Below, piece after piece: positions 56,634 through 64,000 of a stretch of DNA of 64,000 nt. Every line of letters starts with the position of its first letter. Position 1 is the first letter of the stretch. Source of the stretch: Lama glama (Eukaryota); assembly GCA_028534125.1 (NCBI GenBank), contig CM052832.1, forward strand, positions 8,000,001-8,064,000, written 5' to 3'. The notes beneath the pieces were generated by a model. The model saw only the letters and a list, made by a program, of their open reading frames with translations. It was not told where the DNA came from and searched no databases. A program made the position numbers and the translations under genes.

Positions 56634-59600
56634 TCACACGATTGCCCGGAACAGGAAGGAGAAGACAGCCCCCAGTGCCAGGCCCAGAGAGAGAAAGAAG
56701 GCCATGATGGCTCCAGCTGTCTCTGCCTCGGCCGGCTTCACTTTCCTAAAGGAGGGAAGGCGAGCCTACCTTAGGATGGCCCCCACCCCAGCCTCACCCA
56801 GAGCATCCAATTCTGCTGACCCACCTACCCTACTTTCCCTCCTGGGGGACTTCTTCACCTGACCCTCAGAGCCCCCTCCCCACCCCCACTGCCCCTAGTG
56901 CCCTCCCCGGCCATGTCCTCTCTCAGCCTGGAAACCAGGCTCGGGAGTCTCCTTGTGCCTCCTCTCCCTCTACTGAGTGCCCCCCTGCCACTGAAGCTTC
57001 AGGCCCTGCCTGAGGCCGCCACACTCCCCACTCACTTGGGCCCAAAGCACATGCACAGACTGGCGAGGTAGCCATTGGAGAAGGCGAAGGCGGCCATGAA
57101 GAAGATGAACCAGGCGTCGTGCTCAAAGACCACAGCCAGGTAGCGGCGGGGCTGGACATTACACAGCAGCAGCAGGGGCACGAAGGCCAGCCGGGCCAGC
57201 ACCAGGCTTGGCAGCCAGAGGCTGTCCTTCCCCGGCTGTGGGGACCAGGCAGCGTCTCAGTCAGGCTGGCCGACCCCCAGGGCTCCCTTTGGGGCCCCTT
57301 GGGGTCAGAAGTGAAACCTCAAAAAGCCTAGTTACCCTTCGGAAGGGGGCGTGGTAAAGCTTTCTGGAGTGTTGAAAACGTTCAACAGCTTGACCTGGGT
57401 GGTGGCTGTCAGGAGCGTGTGTACGTTTACATGTATGTATTCATATTTATTAAGCTGTACACCTACAACTTGTACACCTTACCATACATAGATTATGTCT
57501 TGGTTTTTACAAAAGCATGGCCCTCTACTACCATACTTTCTTGCTTCCCTCCCTGGGTCTCAGACTGGACTCTCCCCTCCCACAGGGGTGTGGGGCCCCT
57601 TCTTCCACTTACCCACATGGTGAAGGCTGTGAGGCTCCGGCCCAGCCAGTCAAAGATGTTGAAAGTCAAGAAACAAGACACAGGAATGAAGTAGTTTCCT
57701 GGAATAGGAAAAGAGTAGATTAGTGGAGGGTTATCAGGTTCAAGAGAGGCAGGATCTAGCAACTGTGACCCTCACTGGGGCTCAGTTTTCCCAGGTGTAA
57801 GATGGAGAAGGTGCTTCCTTCCAGCCCAGGGAATGGCAAATGGACCAAGAGAGTCTGGCTGGGGAGGAAGCAGCCCAGCCTCCCCTCTCCCAGACTCCTA
57901 GCCCTGCTTGAGCTCCTGTCCCTTCCCCATCCTGGAACCCATGGTGTCCTCACTCCAGGCGCTGGTGCCCGCAATGCTGGACTTGACCTCAGCAGCCACA
58001 GCAGGAAACATCCCAATGGTGATGGTGAAGACGAAGCACACGGAGAGAGCCGGGACTAAGATCTGGAGGAAACAGACCCAGGCCCGGGTCTTCACGGTGC
58101 TTGTGCATCATGAAAGAGCCAAGATTCCCCACCCCAAGACACACACACGCGCGCGCGCGCACGCACGCACAAATTCAGAAAGTGGCCAGTCTCAGATCAG
58201 AAAGTGAGGGAATGGGCAGTGCCAGGAGAGGAGGAAGGTGGGGTGGGGAAATCAGGAACAAAAAAAAAGAAGAGAAAGAGGGTGAGGGGTAGGCGGCAGG
58301 ATACCCATGCCCCACATACATTTTTGAGGATGGCTCGGACAGAATGACTTTCGTTGGTGGGCTGAGAGTTGGGGGCTGAAATTCTGGACTCCTCTGGGCT
58401 TGCTTTTGACTCTTCTCCTGGGGGGTGACAGGTTGTAGAAAGATCCTCAAGTTGTGGGAAGGACCAAGCAACAGGAGATGACACAAACACTCCCCAAAAG
58501 GGCTGGAGTTAGTTGGGGTGGACACCCCCTTAACTGGTGTAAAGTCGCACCCTAACGCTTAACCTAGGCCACCTCTGGACCCACGCTGCAGGAGTCCCCT
58601 GGGTCCTGACCTCTCCCAGGTGCCTTAAGTCAGGTTATGCCCCGCCCAAGAATCTGCAATTGCTTCCCAACATCCTCAGGCGTTCAAGGTCCCCCAGGAG
58701 CTCCCCCATCTTCTCTCTCCCCACCTTTATTTACTGTGGTTACCCCTCAGCCCATCCCCAGTCCCTCTGGCATCCCTGCAGCTCACTCATTCTTGCCCTC
58801 TGCTCACGCCACCCCCTGCTGGGCAGGCCGTCCTCCACTCCAGCTTCCTCAGACCTTTACTTATGAGGTCCAGCTTGGTCTCCTGCTCCCCAGGCCCTTC
58901 GAGCTTGAGTTGCTGGTAATAGCGGTAGAATTCCTATCAAGTGAGGGGACAAGGGAGGTGGATTCAGAGGCAGAATCTCCAGAATTCCCACCTCCCCCAG
59001 GTTTGTCCTCGGAACACCCCTGGGTCTGGACTCCCCAAAACCCTGAACCTGGCTTTATCCATGTGCTCACCAGCCGCGGAAGGCCCAGGTAACAGACGAT
59101 GGTCAAAATGATAACCCCACAGGCTGTGATAAAATAGCCGAAGGCACTTTCTGACAGCTCCGAGCCAGCTGGGGTGGAGGGTGCCAGTGATTAGAGCCAG
59201 GTCCCATCCCTTCTCCCCACAACAACCAGCGCGACAGGTGGACAGACAGCAAGACTTACTGGCAATGGCGCAGATCATGGCCACAGAGGCAAAGAAGCCC
59301 GCCAGGCCCTGGCCACTCATGATGGGGGCTGTGTAGCTGGCGGGCAGGAGGCCGGCCAGGCCAAATAGGCTGCCCTGCAGGATGGCACCGAACGCTGGGG
59401 AACAGGGTGGGCATCAGCAGGGGAGGGGGGAGGGGGGAGCGGGGTGGGTGGGTGGGGCCCCTGGTAAAACAGTCCCTGCAATTCCCGCTTTACTCCCAGC
59501 AAGTCTTGTCACTGAGTGGCCCTTTCCTTTGCACCCACTCCCTGCCTTGGTCTGTGCCCACTCAGGTCTCTGAACCCTGACCTCCGGAGGGAGGAGATCT

Positions 59601-62600
59601 CTGCCCAGGTCCCCCCTTCCCCAAGCCCCACTTACAGTTAATGAGCATGATCTTGACCATGGTGATGACAAAGAAAGGCAGGGCATCCAGGGGAACCTTC
59701 ACCAGGATGGCAGTGATCAGGAACAACAGCAGGATGGCCACCAGGCTGCCCAGGATCCGTACAGCCTGGGGGATCCTGCCGGAGAGGCCGCAGCAGCAGA
59801 GGCGGGTGGTGAAGCCAGGGGCTTGGCCCAGAGAGGGCAGGGAGGGCTCAGGCTGGGGGCCCAGGTGCTCACCTCTGGTGCAGGAAGGAGTTGAGGCAGG
59901 TGAAGAGCAGCAGTGGCAGCATGGCACACAAGGTCATGACGTTGTTGAAGATGGAGCTGAGGGAGTTCCGCTCTGGTGAGGGTGCTGGCGGGGTGGCCGA
60001 GGCCTGGATGTCCTCCCTGGGTTCAGCAGGGACCAAGGACACATTCTGGGACCGGTCCAGGCGGTTTGTGAAATACTGTGAAGGTTGCAGACAGGAGTGT
60101 TGGAATCTCTCTCTCTGTGCCCCCAAGTGCAGATCCAGGCCCCACGTGCACAGGGGACATGCCCCCTGGAGCCCGTTTCCCCCATCTCACCGCAGTGGCT
60201 GTCATGAAAAAATTCCAGGGCAGCAGCGTCCCCAGACCCAGCATGAAGAAGATAAGCCAGACAGCTTTGTACCTGGGGACAGGAGAGGAAAGCGGGGCCA
60301 GGTGACACACCATTCCACCTTCCTTCCTCGATCAAACCGGGGCTGCCCCTCCCCCGCCAGCTTTAGTATCTCTAGCCGGCCCAGGGCCCAGGGCCCAGGG
60401 CATGTGTTCTCCTGAGGGTGTCTGTGGAGGGAGAGGTGACCTGATATGGGGGAAAGACCAGTCCTGAGGGGGAGGGGGCCAGGGACATGGGACCGAAGGG
60501 CATGGCTGAAAGGACCTTGGTTCTCAGACCCAAAGACTCGGGGGACCCTGCAGGCTTGGGAACCAGTGTGACCCACACGTCTAGAGGTGGTTCTGCTAAA
60601 AGCTGGGGGGGTGAGCGGGTGAATGAGAGAGCGAACACAAGTGTCTTCCACCCCCGCCGGGCAGGCTGGAAGTGATTACGCTGTCTGCGCAGGACTGTGT
60701 GGTTCCCCAAAGAGGACTCTGAGGTCAAGAAACTCCCAGACCGTTGTGGACCTAGTGGGGAAGGCAGGCAGGGTGCCTTGGGACAGCTGGGAAGTGAGGG
60801 AGAGGTTTTCTCCTGGCTGAGACAGAACCAGCTTTGTAGGTCACACCATGTAGGGCAGGCCAGGAGAGACCGGGCCATTGCACGTCATCCGAGCCCCAGA
60901 GTGTAAACAGTGCCGCCCAGCCTGGGCCAGGGCACTGCCCCAAGCCCTCCGCCTCAGGGCCTGTCTGGGATGGACAGCTTCCCCCAGGCAACCCTGGGCC
61001 TTCCCACTGTGGTCTCCAAATGTGTCTGCCATGCTCTCCCCAGAGATAAAACCCACTTTCTTCACAGAGCTGACAGGGACAAGCCCAAGACAGTGAGGAG
61101 ACGGGTCTAGCCAGCACACAGGGCCTGGCCCCACACAGAGAGGCCCTGGGTGAGTGCCCCAAGTGAGAAGACCTGAGCCCTGACAACTGCAGCCCCCCAC
61201 CTTCCTCATACACTCCCCACCTTGAAGAGAGGCGAGGGCTTGATTCAGAGGTCCAAATGACAGGGGAAACTCCCAGCCAAAGGCACTCAGGATAGAAGGG
61301 AAAAGTGGGGCTGGGTGAGTGTGACAAGGCCGATGGAGAAGGCAGAGGGGTTCAGACAGCTGCCACCAGAGTTGGGGCAAGGGGATGTTGGCAGGCAGTC
61401 TGGGAACGGAGGACACCAGGGAGGGGACCAACCAAACAACCTGGGGCCTGTACTTATACTTTACAGGTAGAAAACTGTCCCAGAGAGATCAAATTAGCGC
61501 CCAAGGTCCTGCAGCCAGAAGTGCCCTAGTTCTGTGGCCTTTGGCCCAGGGAGATAGGATGGGCAGGGGAGAGGTGATGGGGTTGGGGGGCCCAAGNNNN
61601 NNNNNNNNNNNNNNNNNNNNNNNNNNNNNNNNNNNNNNNNNNNNNNNNNNNNNNNNNNNNNNNNNNNNNNNNNNNNNNNNNNNNNNNNNNNNNNNNNNNN
61701 NNNNNNNNNNNNNNNNNNNNNNNNNNNNNNNNNNNNNNNNNNNNNNNNNNNNNNNNNNNNNNNNNNNNNNNNNNNNNNNNNNNNNNNNNNNNNNNNNNNN
61801 NNNNNNNNNNNNNNNNNNNNNNNNNNNNNNNNNNNNNNNNNNNNNNNNNNNNNNNNNNNNNNNNNNNNNNNNNNNNNNNNNNNNNNNNNNNNNNNNNNNN
61901 NNNNNNNNNNNNNNNNNNNNNNNNNNNNNNNNNNNNNNNNNNNNNNNNNNNNNNNNNNNNNNNNNNNNNNNNNNNNNNNNNNNNNNNNNNNNNNNNNNNN
62001 NNNNNNNNNNNNNNNNNNNNNNNNNNNNNNNNNNNNNNNNNNNNNNNNNNNNNNNNNNNNNNNNNNNNNNNNNNNNNNNNNNNNNNNNNNNNNNNNGTCT
62101 GGGAACGGAGGACACCAGGGAGGGGACCAACCAAACAACCTGGGGCCTGTACTTATACTTTACAGGTAGAAAACTGTCCCAGAGAGATCAAATTAGCGCC
62201 CAAGGTCCTGCAGCCAGAAGTGCCCTAGTTCTGTGGCCTTTGGCCCAGGGAGATAGGATGGGCAGGGGAGAGGTGATGGGGTTGGGGGGCCCAAGTGGAA
62301 GGATGGTTTTGATTCCAGGCGTGGCTTCAGCTTTCTAGGGTCCCAGACTCCTTGGAGAACTTGAATCCCCCTACAGCTTCTCCCCCCACACACGATCACG
62401 GCTGTGGGTCTAAACTGGGGAGAACTTCTGGCTCCGGAGGTGGGGGAGTGAGAGGAAGGTCAGTGCGAGGACCAGGGTGGGCCAGGGTCATCTGAAGCAG
62501 AGGCCCCAGGGCAGCCCTGAGGGAGAGGGCAGCTCTGCCAGATGCACTCTGGAATGAGGGGTGCTGCCAAATGTCTCCCCATGGTGGTGGCGGGAGGAGC

Positions 62601-62893
62601 CGGAAGCGGTTGGAGCCCAACAGTGGAAACACTGACAGGCCAGGGAGGGGCTCCCGCCCTCCCGCCCACCCGCCCTGGGCCTTCCCCAAACACCCCAGCC
62701 AGCACCCAGCCTCAGCAGTGCAGGCCCCCACCCCTGGCGCAGACCTAACTCACAGCTACTTGGCTGGAAGGCTACTCAACCCCAGACTCCCAAGGGCACA
62801 ACCCCCAGCCCCATGGAGACCCATTTCCACTCCCCAGGACTCCCAGCCCCAGGTCCCCCAGTACCTGTCCTGAGGCTGGTGACTGGTTGTCAT
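56634..62893 (-). CDS. SLC29A1: Equilibrative nucleoside transporter 1 (ENT1), 12 coding exons, 456 aa
   Basis: Exons 62893-62865, 60272-60191, 60075-59873, 59775-59636, 59394-59260, 59168-59071, 58933-58855, 58417-58320, 58062-57954, 57698-57613, 57235-57036, 56745-56634 (TGA), total 1371 nt. MTTSHQPQDRYKAVWLIFFMLGLGTLLPWNFFM, N48 sequon (NVS), MSGQGLAG, FNIFDWLGR, FAFSNGYLASLCMCFGPK. The first coding exon probably starts at the acceptor before 62944; non-coding first exon(s) were not located. Confidence 0.98.
58137..58171. repeat. Alternating purine-pyrimidine (CA)n(CG)n(CACG)n tract
   Basis: ACACACACACGCGCGCGCGCGCACGCACGCAC in an SLC29A1 intron. Confidence 0.85.
61398..62295. other. 500-N gap (61597-62096) flanked by an exact 199-bp direct duplication
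   Basis: 61398-61596 reads the same as 62097-62295. Confidence 0.95.
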
Positions 62894-64000
62894 GGTGACT
62901 GCGTTGGTTATGCCTGGCTGACAGCTTCCTCCCTCTGGCGCTTGCTGGGGGCAGAAGCAGTGTGAGGCCCTGTCTCGGCCCTGCTTCCCCACAGGCCTCT
63001 TCAGATTCGGGGGGGGGGGCAGGGCGTACAGAGCAGGCAAGCTGAGGAGTCCAGAAGGCGCCCCCCCCACCTGCCCTGCCTCTCAGGACTGCTCAGTCTG
63101 ACCCCTCTGGCCCATCCTGTTGCGCCTCCCTGCCCGCTTAGGCTCTACCTGGCGCCTGGCCTGGCCTGGCCTGGCCGCTGCCACTGCTATTTTTATCCAG
63201 CAGCTGAAGCAGTTTGTATGCGGGAAACAGGAGGGTGGAGAGCAGAAGGGAAGGAGGAGGAAGTATGATTGGGAGGGAGGGAGAGACAGGCAAAGGCTGG
63301 GAAGAGGATGAAAGGGGTCAGGGACAGTGACGATAATGGAAGAAGGGACAGGAGGGAAACAGAAAGGAGACAGAGGGAGGGAGGGAGGGCGCAAAGCAAA
63401 CAGATCAGCAGAAGCAGCAGCTGCAGGGGAGATGACTGAGGCCAAACCTCCCTCCCCAGGTCCCTCTGCAAGTCTGATGTCCACCCTCCCAGGGGTCCCT
63501 GAGCTCATGGCTAGGGCAGCCTCTGGAGAGCCTGTCCCCTCCTGGCAGCACCCCAGACTCCAGCCTCTCTACTGGTAGCATCTTAATGGTCCTTCCCAGC
63601 CAGTGCCCGAAGGCTTCCTAGTTACTGGCCAGTTTTCCAGGAAAATACTTCAGGACAGGTGTGGGGACACAGCCCTCCCCTGACCCCTATTCCTGGTTCC
63701 AGGGTCACCCCCCCACCCAGTTCCTCTCTGACTCACTCCCAGGCCCCTGCCCTCTTCCCCTTTCTCTAAGTTAAAGAGAAGACCGTAGGGATAGGGGCAC
63801 AGGCCTGACTAAAGCGTAGCCCTAAGGCACCCAGCCTCCCCCCTCAGCATTCCTCCCCTGCTCCTTTCTCACTTGCTTGTGCAGGGGGAGGTGCCCTGGC
63901 ACCAGCGGAGGAAACAGTTTTCCCTTGGATGGCATGGAAAGCCAGGAAGGCATGTGCTGGCATATCCCCCACGTGTGGGCCCAGGTCTGGAGCCAGGACT

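Overview
Mammalian genomic DNA, probably camelid judging by the SINE type. It carries four intact, spliced protein-coding genes in the order and orientation of the human 6p21.1 block read in reverse: AARS2 (+, 22 exons, 985 aa), TCTE1/DRC5 (+, 4 coding exons, 501 aa), TMEM151B (-, 3 exons, 565 aa) and SLC29A1/ENT1 (-, 12 coding exons, 456 aa). I traced every exon by eye to GT..AG boundaries and all frames close. The rest is L1, L2, MIR, MaLR-LTR, MER and SINE repeats, microsatellites and two 500-N assembly gaps. I did not find a new multi-gene system. The most interesting points are these. (1) NFKBIE, SLC35B2 and HSP90AB1 are absent, most likely hidden in the first gap. (2) AARS2 has unusual residues at normally conserved or disease-relevant positions (Q592, V635 in the HxxxH editing motif, S116). 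(3) SLC29A1 has a tandem 5' splice site that should give a Ser254-less isoform like the mouse one. (4) The TCTE1 and TMEM151B 3'UTRs converge and overlap. (5) There is a divergent RFX/NRF1 promoter near 780 and a CTCF pair. (6) The second gap is flanked by an exact 199-bp duplication and looks false. Comparisons with human, mouse and E. coli come from memory and need confirming by alignment.
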